A stretch of DNA of 24,000 nt from Megasphaera sueciensis. Its GTDB lineage: Bacteria > Bacillota > Negativicutes > Veillonellales > Megasphaeraceae. A program made the translations under genes and the position numbers. Positions 16,969 through 24,000 of this stretch are shown in pieces. Every line of letters begins with the position of its first letter. Position 1 is the stretch's first letter. The stretch spans positions 205,077 through 229,076 of the forward strand of contig NZ_CP116939.1 in NCBI RefSeq assembly GCF_050219315.1, given 5' to 3'. The notes under the pieces are model-generated. The model saw only the letters and a program-made list of their open reading frames with translations, was not told where the DNA came from and searched no databases.

Positions 16969-17986
16969 GAGCATACTTATTATTAAAATGAGCTCTCTGG
17001 GTGATGTATTGCATGCATTACCGACGCTTTATGCATTGCGGCAGAATTGTCCGAATGCACGTATTGTATGGGCTGTTCATCAAAATTTTGCAGCGGTTCT
17101 TCCAGGAAAGCCTTATATAGATGATGTTGTTTATATTGATAAAGCAAAGCTTACATCCATAGCATATTTGCGGGAACTGTGGCATATACTGCATGCTTAT
17201 CATTTTGATGTATGTTTTGACTTGCAGGGGTTAGCTAAAAGTGCTATTGTTGCTTTTTTGAGCGGTGCTAAGGAAAAATACGGATATTGGGAGATGCGTG
17301 AAGGCAGTTTTCTGGTCAGTAAAGGGTTGACGGGAATACATAAGAATGATCATGTCATTGAACGATACCTGGATACGGTACGTGTACTTGGCGGTACGGT
17401 CAGTTCTGTAGAATTTCCTCTTCCCAATATTAGCATGCAAAAGCAAACGATGCGGAAACGATTTACAGAGGATGGCATGATAGGACACTATATCGCGGTT
17501 GTACCGGGAGCTAGGTGGAAGGTAAAGGAATGGCCGCTGGGGCATTGGTCGGATTTTGTTAATCGAGTTGCCGCTACTGGGATGAATGTGATTCTCCTTG
17601 GCAGTGGGGATGACATTTTGAAGGGAAAAGCTATTATGGCGGGAACGGAATGTCCCAACGTTTTTGATTATACAGGAAAAACTAGTTTACATGAGCTTAT
17701 GGCGGTTATTTCCATGGCAGATGTATACATAAGTGCTGATACTGGTCCTTTGCATATTGCCAATGCGCTTAAGAAAGAACTGATTGCTTTATTTGGTCCC
17801 ACGTGTCCGGATCGTACAGGTCCCTATGGAGGAGAAGCAGATACGTATATTCATATAATACTATCTCCGACTTCCACAGCTACGCAACAACACCCTTTAG
17901 TAAATGATCCCGATTGTATGGCACAGATATCCGTATGGGATGTATGGAATACCTATGCGGCTGTTATAAAGAAGGTGAAGGCATGA
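16955..17986 (+). CDS. ADP-heptose:LPS heptosyltransferase (glycosyltransferase family 9), copy 1
   Basis: N-terminal ILIIKMSSLGDVLHALP and C-terminal ISADTGPLHIA, typical of WaaC/WaaF-type GT9 enzymes. ATG 16955 is preferred over 16949 because GAGG (16944-16947) is 7 nt upstream of it. It overlaps the gmhB 3' end. Confidence 0.85.
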   Translation: MKAYKSILIIKMSSLGDVLHALPTLYALRQNCPNARIVWAVHQNFAAVLPGKPYIDDVVYIDKAKLTSIAYLRELWHILHAYHFDVCFDLQGLAKSAIVAFLSGAKEKYGYWEMREGSFLVSKGLTGIHKNDHVIERYLDTVRVLGGTVSSVEFPLPNISMQKQTMRKRFTEDGMIGHYIAVVPGARWKVKEWPLGHWSDFVNRVAATGMNVILLGSGDDILKGKAIMAGTECPNVFDYTGKTSLHELMAVISMADVYISADTGPLHIANALKKELIALFGPTCPDRTGPYGGEADTYIHIILSPTSTATQQHPLVNDPDCMAQISVWDVWNTYAAVIKKVKA

Positions 17987-19032
17987 TAAATTTAAAAAAC
18001 AAAAGAATTATTGTAACCTTCCTTATGCACTTAGGAGATTTGATTTTAATAACTCCTTTTTTGCAGATTTTACGGCGTCATGCGATTGGTTCTGACATTA
18101 CTTTGGTTGTAGATGAAAAATTAGCTGATGTGGTACGTTATAATCCTAATATAGATCATCTTGTAACCGTCGATAAAAAAGGGAAGGATAATTCTCTGGC
18201 AGCGCTATGGCATATAGGCAAAGAACTTCATAACCAGCATCCCGATTTGCTGATTAATCTGCATCCTAACGAACGGACTTCATTTTTAGCGGTTGCTGTC
18301 AGAGCAAAACAGTTTGTTGGCATGAGCCATTTTTTGGCACGGTCTTTTATGGATACCTATACGAGATTGGATCGGACTCATTTGCATGCAGCAGATATGT
18401 ACATCGATGTGCTCAGACAACTCGGCATTGAGGATCATAAAAATGCAGGATTGCAGATTTTTACATGTCCAGCGTGGGAAAAACAAGTTCAAAATTTTTA
18501 TATAGCGTCTGATTTACGGGAAAAAGAGCCGCTTGTGGGTTTTAATATTGGTAGTGCTGTTCCGCAAAAACGATGGCCTGTCGAACGATTTGCCGCGGTG
18601 GCGGATTATTTTTCCAACAGGGGATTCCGGTGTGCTTTTTATGGCGGCCCTATGGATATGGATATGGTTCGGGAAGCTGTTTTTTTTATGAAGAACACCC
18701 CGATTATTTGTACAGGAAAGTTTTCCGTAGGTGAGCTTGCCGCTGCTGTAAGGCGCTGTTCCTTATTTATTACTAATGATAGCGGACCTATGCATGTAGC
18801 TGTTAGTCAGGATGTTCCTCTGGTAGCACTTTATGGACCGAGTAATCCGAAATTCTATGGTCCGTATACGAAAAAAGCTATTGTCTTGGAATCAACAAAC
18901 GAATATAAAATAGGAAAAAGTATGAAGAAAATTATCCGTGAGGGTAATTACAAGGGAATTTCTGTTATTACGACGGAAGAAGTTATCGAAGCAGGAAACG
19001 AGCTTATTGCCCGGTATGGGATTAAAAATTGA
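17983..19032 (+). CDS. ADP-heptose:LPS heptosyltransferase (glycosyltransferase family 9), copy 2
   Basis: ATG 17983 forms an ATGA overlap with the copy-1 stop and follows GAAGGTGAAGG (the ORF track's 17914 start is unlikely). Motifs IIVTFLMHLGDLILITP and ITNDSGPMHVA. Confidence 0.85.
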   Translation: MINLKNKRIIVTFLMHLGDLILITPFLQILRRHAIGSDITLVVDEKLADVVRYNPNIDHLVTVDKKGKDNSLAALWHIGKELHNQHPDLLINLHPNERTSFLAVAVRAKQFVGMSHFLARSFMDTYTRLDRTHLHAADMYIDVLRQLGIEDHKNAGLQIFTCPAWEKQVQNFYIASDLREKEPLVGFNIGSAVPQKRWPVERFAAVADYFSNRGFRCAFYGGPMDMDMVREAVFFMKNTPIICTGKFSVGELAAAVRRCSLFITNDSGPMHVAVSQDVPLVALYGPSNPKFYGPYTKKAIVLESTNEYKIGKSMKKIIREGNYKGISVITTEEVIEAGNELIARYGIKN

Positions 19033-19057
19033 CAATTGTATTCGATTCCAGTATAAT
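19029..19057 (+). promoter_or_regulatory. consensus sigma-70/SigA-type promoter driving the downstream RNA
   Basis: TTGACA (19029-19034), exactly 17 nt of spacer, then TATAAT (19052-19057). An A-tract lies immediately upstream. The -35 overlaps the TGA of the GT9 gene. Confidence 0.75.
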
Positions 19058-19060
19058 GTC

Positions 19061-19294
19061 ACCTGATATGTGTCTGTGGTTGTAAGTCGATGCCAGTCGC
19101 AGGCGAAGCGATCCACGTAAGGGATCCAAAGCGGTCCTGATCATAGTGCGGCTTAGAAGTAAGTCCTGCCGTGAAAAAACGAGAGAAGCAGTAGTGGGAG
19201 ATCTAGCATCTATGAGCGAACCTTCCAGCAGGCGAGTGTGGGGTTAAAAACCAGGTCAGGCGTATCAAGGAGCTGAAGTAATTCAGCTCCTTTT
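19061..19294 (+). ncRNA. stand-alone structured small RNA, family unassigned (6S-RNA-like end-to-end pairing; not confirmed)
   Basis: Bounded by the consensus promoter and an intrinsic terminator. No + strand ORF exceeds 16 codons. GC-richer than the flanking spacers. The 5' end pairs with the segment just before the terminator, and internal hairpins and repeated words are present (see findings). Confidence 0.55.
19269..19294 (+). terminator. intrinsic terminator of the sRNA (and of read-through from the heptose operon)
   Basis: 9-bp stem GGAGCUGAA / UUCAGCUCC with GUAA tetraloop, followed by UUUU. Confidence 0.8.
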
Positions 19295-19300
19295 ATGTAG

Positions 19301-19376
19301 GTGCGCCCGGCATGGGCGCAGTCTAACAGGTGAAAGTCCCGATCTCGCGGGTTAATAGTGTCGAGCCGATCAGTGT
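19301..19376 (+). mobile_element. degenerate 5'-terminal fragment of a class C (IIC) group II intron; no RT ORF and no domain V
   Basis: Starts with the GUGYG 5' splice consensus (GUGCG). 19301-19343 closely resembles, from memory, the 5' end of the Oceanobacillus iheyensis IIC intron. It lies 10 nt behind a terminator hairpin, the known IIC homing context. The 3' boundary is uncertain. Confidence 0.6.
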
Positions 19377-19423
19377 AATACATAGATAGTATGGAAATTT
19401 ATATTTTACATTAATTACTATGT

Positions 19424-19452
19424 TTGACGTATCAATTTTGATATAGTAAAAT
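19424..19452 (+). promoter_or_regulatory. candidate promoter of the thioesterase/acyl-CoA dehydrogenase operon with a palindrome in the spacer
   Basis: TTGACG (19424-19429), 17 nt of spacer, then TAAAAT (19447-19452). The spacer contains the perfect palindrome TATCAA-TT-TTGATA (19430-19443). Confidence 0.5.
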
Positions 19453-19492
19453 ATAATAGTATCTATTTTGAAGGGAGTTGACCAGAGAATAA

Positions 19493-19933
19493 ATGAAGGT
19501 TGACATAGATATAGTTGAAAAAGATCTCCAAAAAAATCCATTTGACGCCTTTATGGGATTTCATGTTGAAAAAGCTGAGGATGATGAAGCAGTACTCCTG
19601 TTTGAAAATAAAGGAAGCGCATGGGAAAATCCGAATGGAACTATGTACGGCGGAGTGCTCTATGCCATGGCCGACTCAACGATGGAGGCGGCTTGTGCCC
19701 TTAAGGGGAAAGCTGTTTTGACGCTGGATTTGGCGATGAACTATTTTTCTCCGACATATCCTGATACGACGGTTCGTGCAATAGCTAAAGTGGTTCATAA
19801 TGGTCGTACGACAATGGTGGCGCTTTGCGATTTTTATGATAATAATGAACGATATTTAGCTCATGGAAAGGGAACTTTTTTTGTAACAGGAGAATATCAT
19901 TTTCCAAAAGAGGGGGATGATATTAATGGCTGA
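19493..19933 (+). CDS. PaaI-family hotdog-fold acyl-CoA thioesterase, copy 1
   Basis: 146 aa. Pattern NPFDAFMGFHVEKAEDDEAVLLF...NPNGTMYGGVLYAMADSTM...HNGRTTMVA is typical of PaaI / uncharacterized-domain-1 thioesterases. Confidence 0.8.
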   Translation: MKVDIDIVEKDLQKNPFDAFMGFHVEKAEDDEAVLLFENKGSAWENPNGTMYGGVLYAMADSTMEAACALKGKAVLTLDLAMNYFSPTYPDTTVRAIAKVVHNGRTTMVALCDFYDNNERYLAHGKGTFFVTGEYHFPKEGDDING

Positions 19934-20384
19934 TGAAGAGAATTTTTTGAAGCGAGTTCATAGTGAAGAATTAAAAGAACGATTTCGCAATATTTATATC
20001 GGCGTATATCAATTGACTCCATATTTCAAGAGTCTTCCGTGTACAATAGAAGATATTGACGAAGGCTTTGCGCGTGTTCGATTTGACATAACAGAGAATC
20101 TTTGCAATTATCGGGGAATTGCTTCAGGAGGCATCTTAGCTGCTTTTTGTGATACTCTTATGGGTATGGCAAGCAGGAGCCTGGGGTATCAGGTGACAAC
20201 TCTCGAAATCAATATGAATTATATCCGGCGCGTTGCCGGGGGAAAGTACATTACGGGAATCGGTCAAGTCGTACATCATGGCGGCAAGACAATAGTTGCT
20301 GAATGCGAATGTTTTGATAGCGAAGGTCATATTGTTGTAAAAGGGCGTTCGTCTTTTTATATTTTGGGGAAGTTTGAAAAATAA
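19926..20384 (+). CDS. PaaI-family hotdog-fold acyl-CoA thioesterase, copy 2 (divergent paralog)
   Basis: ATG 19926 lies 9 nt after AGGGGG (19911-19916); the ORF-track start 19917 abuts the SD. Motifs GIASGGILAAFCDTLMG ... HHGGKTIVAE. 8-nt overlap with copy 1. Confidence 0.75.
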   Translation: MADEENFLKRVHSEELKERFRNIYIGVYQLTPYFKSLPCTIEDIDEGFARVRFDITENLCNYRGIASGGILAAFCDTLMGMASRSLGYQVTTLEINMNYIRRVAGGKYITGIGQVVHHGGKTIVAECECFDSEGHIVVKGRSSFYILGKFEK

Positions 20385-20408
20385 TTAAATGGAAGGTTGG
20401 TTATCAAC

Positions 20409-21548
20409 ATGGATTTCAGTTACAATGAGGAACAACAGGATATTATTAAAGTCGTTCGCGATCTTGTAGAAAAGGAAATCGTTCCCTATGCGGGAGAAAT
20501 GGATGAGAAAGGGAAAATCCGTGACGGATTACTTGATAAATTAGCTGCTCAGGGATTGTTGGGAGTTGCTATTCCTGAAGAATTCGGAGGTGCCGGTTTA
20601 GATGCGGTTACGATTGCAGGCATTTATGAAGAATTAGGAAAAGGTTGTGCCGGAATAGCTACAACTGTTGCTGCTAACGCGTTGGCAGCTTATCCTGTTA
20701 TTATAGCCGGAAATGATGATCAGAAAAAGCGATATTTTGATATTATCTGCCAAGATAAACTAGCGGCGTTTGCTCTTACCGAACCCGGTGTTGGTTCGGA
20801 TGCCGGTGCTGTTGCGACGTCTGCTAAAAAAACAGAGGATGGCAAAGGCTATATTTTAAATGGCACAAAGTGTTTTATTACGAATGGCGCATTGGCAGAG
20901 GTTTTTGTTATTTTTGCCAATACACGTAAAAGTGTCGGCATTCGTGGATTGACGGCTTTTATTGTACGAAAAGGAACTCCCGGTTTTACTGTGGGCAAAG
21001 AAGAAAACAAAATGGGAATTCGTGCGTCGAATACGACGGAGTTGATTTTCCAAGATTGTTTTGTTCCTGTTGAAAATCGTCTTGGCCGTGAAGGGCACGG
21101 CTTCCGCATTGCCATGAACACATTGGATGCTGCCAGACCGTTTGTGGGGTCTATTTCCGTTGGTATAGCAGAAGCTGCATTTCGTGCCTGCGGGGAATAT
21201 GCGAAAGTTCGTCAGCAATTTGGCAAACCTATTGCTTCTTTTGAAATGGTTCAAGGGATGATTGCTGATATGGCCATGAAGGTTGAAGGTGCCCGTCTTT
21301 TAGTACAGCGTGCCTGCTGGATGAAAGATCAGGGAATGGAATTTAGCCGGGAAGCTGCTATTGCGAAGTGCAATGCTTCGGATATTGCTATGGATGTTAC
21401 TGTTAATGCAGTGCAGGTTATGGGCGGATATGGCTATATGAAAGAATATCCTGTGGAAAAATACATGCGTGATGCCAAAATCATGCAGATTTATGAAGGT
21501 ACAAATCAAATCCAAAGATTGGTTATTGCCAACAAGACATTATACTGA
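20409..21548 (+). CDS. acyl-CoA dehydrogenase (short/butyryl-CoA dehydrogenase-like)
   Basis: MDFSYNEEQQ... N-terminus typical of ACADs (the ORF track starts at TTG 20397). Motifs LTEPGVGSDA, CFITNG and C-terminal IYEGTNQIQRLVIA carrying the catalytic Glu. Confidence 0.88.
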   Translation: MDFSYNEEQQDIIKVVRDLVEKEIVPYAGEMDEKGKIRDGLLDKLAAQGLLGVAIPEEFGGAGLDAVTIAGIYEELGKGCAGIATTVAANALAAYPVIIAGNDDQKKRYFDIICQDKLAAFALTEPGVGSDAGAVATSAKKTEDGKGYILNGTKCFITNGALAEVFVIFANTRKSVGIRGLTAFIVRKGTPGFTVGKEENKMGIRASNTTELIFQDCFVPVENRLGREGHGFRIAMNTLDAARPFVGSISVGIAEAAFRACGEYAKVRQQFGKPIASFEMVQGMIADMAMKVEGARLLVQRACWMKDQGMEFSREAAIAKCNASDIAMDVTVNAVQVMGGYGYMKEYPVEKYMRDAKIMQIYEGTNQIQRLVIANKTLY

Positions 21549-21554
21549 TAGAAT
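21526..21554 (+). promoter_or_regulatory. candidate promoter for the pheST leader
   Basis: TTGCCA (21526-21531), 17 nt of spacer, then TAGAAT (21549-21554). It overlaps the last codons and the stop of the acyl-CoA dehydrogenase gene. Confidence 0.5.
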
Positions 21555-21560
21555 ATAAAT

Positions 21561-21792
21561 CATATGAAATAGTGCTATGAAAAAGAGAACATGGGAGAAT
21601 ATATCGGGTACAGGGAATCAGAATCATAGATTGAGAGTTTTGATGCCGATGCTTTCATGTGTTCACTTTGGAGCTTCCCGTTGAATGAAGTAGATGGGAC
21701 GGATATCTCCGTTAACGGATGAAAGAGTAATAATTAGGGTGGTACCGCGAAACGTGACTTTCGCCCCTTAGGGGGTGGAGGTCTATTTTTTT
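21561..21792 (+). promoter_or_regulatory. T-box riboswitch leader, Phe-specific (UUC specifier)
   Basis: Conserved T-box sequence AAUUAGGGUGGUACCGCG (21732-21749). Terminator hairpin 21756-21783 followed by UAUUUUUUU. Stem I base GAACAUG / CAUGUGUUC with candidate specifier UUC (21654-21656) followed by A. pheS lies immediately downstream. Confidence 0.85.
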
Positions 21793-21812
21793 ACGATAGA
21801 GGAGGAACTGTG

Positions 21813-22835
21813 ATGAAGGAAAAAATTGAGGTTATCAAAGCTGCTGTACGGGAACAGATTGATAACGCGGAAGCACTGCAGGATGTGCAGAATATTCGTG
21901 TCAAGTATTTAGGTAAAAAAGGAGAACTAACGGCGGTAATGAAAGAACTCGGCAAATTATCGAAAGAAGAACGTCCTGCTGTGGGTCAGTTAGTTAATAC
22001 GGCACGCACTAAGATTGAAGCAGCACTTGCCGATAGAATGGAAGAATTGAAACAACATGAAATGGAACAAAAAATTCAATCAGAAAAAATAGATATTACG
22101 TTACCTGGACGTAAACCCGTTCTAGGTCATATGCATCCGCTCCATTTAACACGGCGCTGCATGGAAAATGCTTTTTTAAAAATGGGATTTTCCATTGCTG
22201 AGGGACCAGAAATTGAAGATGATTATTACAATTTCCAGTGCTTGAATTTTCCTGATGATCATCCGGCACGTGACATGCAGGATTCTATGTACATTACGGA
22301 TAAAATTTTGCTGCGTACCCATACGTCGCCTATGCAGGCTCGAACATTACAGGCACATAATCCGAATGAACCGGTTAAGGTCATTGTGCCGGGCAAAGTG
22401 TATCGCTGGGATTATGATGCTACGCATTCCCCGGTATTTCATCAGATGGAAGGACTTATTGTCGATAAAGGAATCCGTTTTTCTGACTTGAAAGGGATGT
22501 TGGAAGACTTTTTAAGAGAGATTTTCGGACCGGAAACAAAGGTCCGTTTTCGTGCCAGTTTCTTCCCTTTTACAGAACCGAGTGCTGAAGTAGATATTTC
22601 TTGTGTGATGTGCGGCGGCAAAGGTTGTCGCGTATGCTCGCATACAGGTTGGTTGGAAATCCTCGGCTGTGGGATGGTGCATCCCAATGTATTGCGCTTA
22701 AACGGGTATGATCCGGATAAGGTCAGCGGATTTGCTTTTGGCATGGGTGTGGAACGCATCGCTATGCTAAAATACGGTATTGATGATTTGCGGTTGTTCT
22801 ATGAAGATGATATGAGGTTCTTGAATCAGTTTTAG
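21813..22835 (+). CDS. pheS: phenylalanine--tRNA ligase alpha subunit PheS
   Basis: GGAGG at 21801-21805 with ATG at 21813. Class II aaRS motifs [28 protein letters not shown] and [13 protein letters not shown]. Confidence 0.95.
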   Translation: MKEKIEVIKAAVREQIDNAEALQDVQNIRVKYLGKKGELTAVMKELGKLSKEERPAVGQLVNTARTKIEAALADRMEELKQHEMEQKIQSEKIDITLPGRKPVLGHMHPLHLTRRCMENAFLKMGFSIAEGPEIEDDYYNFQCLNFPDDHPARDMQDSMYITDKILLRTHTSPMQARTLQAHNPNEPVKVIVPGKVYRWDYDATHSPVFHQMEGLIVDKGIRFSDLKGMLEDFLREIFGPETKVRFRASFFPFTEPSAEVDISCVMCGGKGCRVCSHTGWLEILGCGMVHPNVLRLNGYDPDKVSGFAFGMGVERIAMLKYGIDDLRLFYEDDMRFLNQF

Positions 22836-22849
22836 GAGGTAAAAAAATT

Positions 22850-24000
22850 ATGAAAAGTTCATTACGCTGGATGAAGGAGTATGTGGATGTCGATACAACC
22901 AAGGATCCACAAATCTTTGCTGATATTATGACTGTTGCCGGTGTGCCTGTAGAACAAGTAGAATGCTGGGGGACCGATATCAAAAATATATACACGGGAA
23001 GAATTCTGAAAATTATAAAGCATCCTGATGCCGATCATCTTGTTATTTGCCAGATGGACATGGGAGATAAAGAACTTACTATTGTTACGGGGGCACCGAA
23101 TGTTCGTGAAGGGCAAGTCGTTCCCGTTGCTATTCATGGAGCGATACTGCCGGGTGGGGTGAAAATTAAAAAATCCAAACTTCGCGGTCAAGTTTCTGAA
23201 GGCATGTTATGTTCTGCGCATGAATTGGGTTTTGATGACAGTTTGCTGCTGCCGGAGGAACGCAACGGCATTTGGATATTGCCGGATAATACACCTGTCG
23301 GGGTCGATGCTGTTGATTTTTTGGGACTTAAAGATACCGTTTATGAATATGAATTAACTCCGAACCGTGCGGATTGTTTCAGCATGGTCGGCTTAAGCCG
23401 TGAATTTGCTGTTTTAGGTAATACAACAGCAAAATATCCTTCCATTGAAGTCGATGAATGCGAGCAATCCATTAGCGGTAATGTGATCGTTACGAATGAA
23501 GCTCCTGAATTATGCAATCGTTTTGCATCCCGTCTGCTTTTAAATGTAAAAATAGGAAAATCTCCATTATGGATGCAGCAGCGTCTCCGTAAATCCGGAG
23601 TTCGTCCGATTAACAACGTGGTTGATGCAACAAACTATGTCATGTTGGAATTAGGGATTCCGATGCATGCCTATGATTATGATAAGGTTTCCGGTCATCA
23701 TCTCATTCCGCGTCGTGCAAGAAACGGGGAAGTATTAAAAACATTGGATGGTGTAGAACGTATACTTACTTCCGAAATGCTGGTTATTGCCGATCCTGAT
23801 AAAGCTTGCGGTGTTGCTGGGGTTATGGGCGGTTTTGAAACAGAAGTAACTGGTAAGACGACAGCTGTTATACTTGAAGCCGCTTCTTTTAAAGGTTCCA
23901 CTATTCGTAAAACCGGTCGCGCGCTTGGTTTGCGTTCGGAAGCTTCAGCACGCTTTGAACGCGGTATAGATGCAGAAGGCTGTATTGCATCGTTAGACCG
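22850..24000 (+). CDS. pheT: phenylalanine--tRNA ligase beta subunit PheT (5' partial, continues beyond the window)
   Basis: AGGAGG at 22834-22839 with ATG at 22850. The frame stays open to the window end. The hand translation begins MKSSLRWMKEYVDV... and includes IKHPDADHLVICQMDMG and KLRGQVSEGMLCS, the tRNA-binding N domain. Absent from the ORF track because no stop falls in the window. Confidence 0.92.
   Translation, partial: MKSSLRWMKEYVDVDTTKDPQIFADIMTVAGVPVEQVECWGTDIKNIYTGRILKIIKHPDADHLVICQMDMGDKELTIVTGAPNVREGQVVPVAIHGAILPGGVKIKKSKLRGQVSEGMLCSAHELGFDDSLLLPEERNGIWILPDNTPVGVDAVDFLGLKDTVYEYELTPNRADCFSMVGLSREFAVLGNTTAKYPSIEVDECEQSISGNVIVTNEAPELCNRFASRLLLNVKIGKSPLWMQQRLRKSGVRPINNVVDATNYVMLELGIPMHAYDYDKVSGHHLIPRRARNGEVLKTLDGVERILTSEMLVIADPDKACGVAGVMGGFETEVTGKTTAVILEAASFKGSTIRKTGRALGLRSEASARFERGIDAEGCIASLD

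Noticed and set aside
19250-19275. ACCAGGUCAGG is identical to the start of the conserved SRP (4.5S) RNA domain IV sequence, followed by a loosely similar AAGGAGCUG
   Set aside because: The GNAR-tetraloop hairpin and the GGAAGCAGCC strand are absent. The segment cannot form helix 8. It lies at the 3' end of the RNA, and its right half is the terminator stem.
19326-19345. GGUGAAAGUCCCG resembles the RNase P P4 strand (GAGGAAAGUCC) and the cobalamin riboswitch GGUGAAAAUCC box
   Set aside because: No other RNase P elements or B12-box (GCCACUG) are nearby. The segment is far better explained as the conserved start of IIC group II intron domain I.
19061-19376. Idea that the sRNA plus the intron fragment form a circularly permuted group II intron (D5/D6 upstream of the 5' splice site)
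   Set aside because: I could not find a domain V-like 34-nt hairpin with an AGC triad and 2-nt bulge in 19061-19300. The D1 portion downstream is also far too short to be functional.
19382-19466. 11-nt imperfect inverted repeat ATAGATAGTAT / ATAGTATCTAT flanking the thioesterase promoter
   Set aside because: It is a 10/11 match in low-complexity AT-rich DNA with 63-nt spacing. This cannot be distinguished from chance without comparative data.

Overview
All supported genes lie on the + strand, and the window is mostly housekeeping. The order is: a possible mraZ tail, then rsmH and ftsL followed by a terminator. Next come murE, murF, mraY, murD, murG, a murC::ddl fusion, ftsQ/divIB, a DUF881 gene, sbp and ftsZ, followed by a terminator. 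Then nrdR, hldE, hldD, gmhB and two GT9 heptosyltransferases. After these sit an orphan structured RNA with its own promoter and terminator, and a short relic of a class C group II intron. The window ends with two PaaI-type thioesterases, an acyl-CoA dehydrogenase, a Phe T-box, pheS and a partial pheT. Firmicute-style features (divIB-DUF881-sbp-ftsZ, T-box, nrdR) sit beside LPS inner-core heptose genes, which suggests a diderm Firmicute (Negativicutes-like); this is inference only. I see no CRISPR array, transposase or integrase, toxin-antitoxin pair or recognisable defence genes, and no convincing novel multi-gene protein system. The most unusual content is the 19.03-19.38 kb RNA locus: an unassigned ~230-nt sRNA followed by a IIC intron 5' fragment just behind its terminator. 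Also notable are the in-frame MurC-Ddl fusion and a dcw cluster with no ftsI, ftsW, murB or ftsA at their usual positions. Protein calls rest on motif recognition by eye; no database search was possible.
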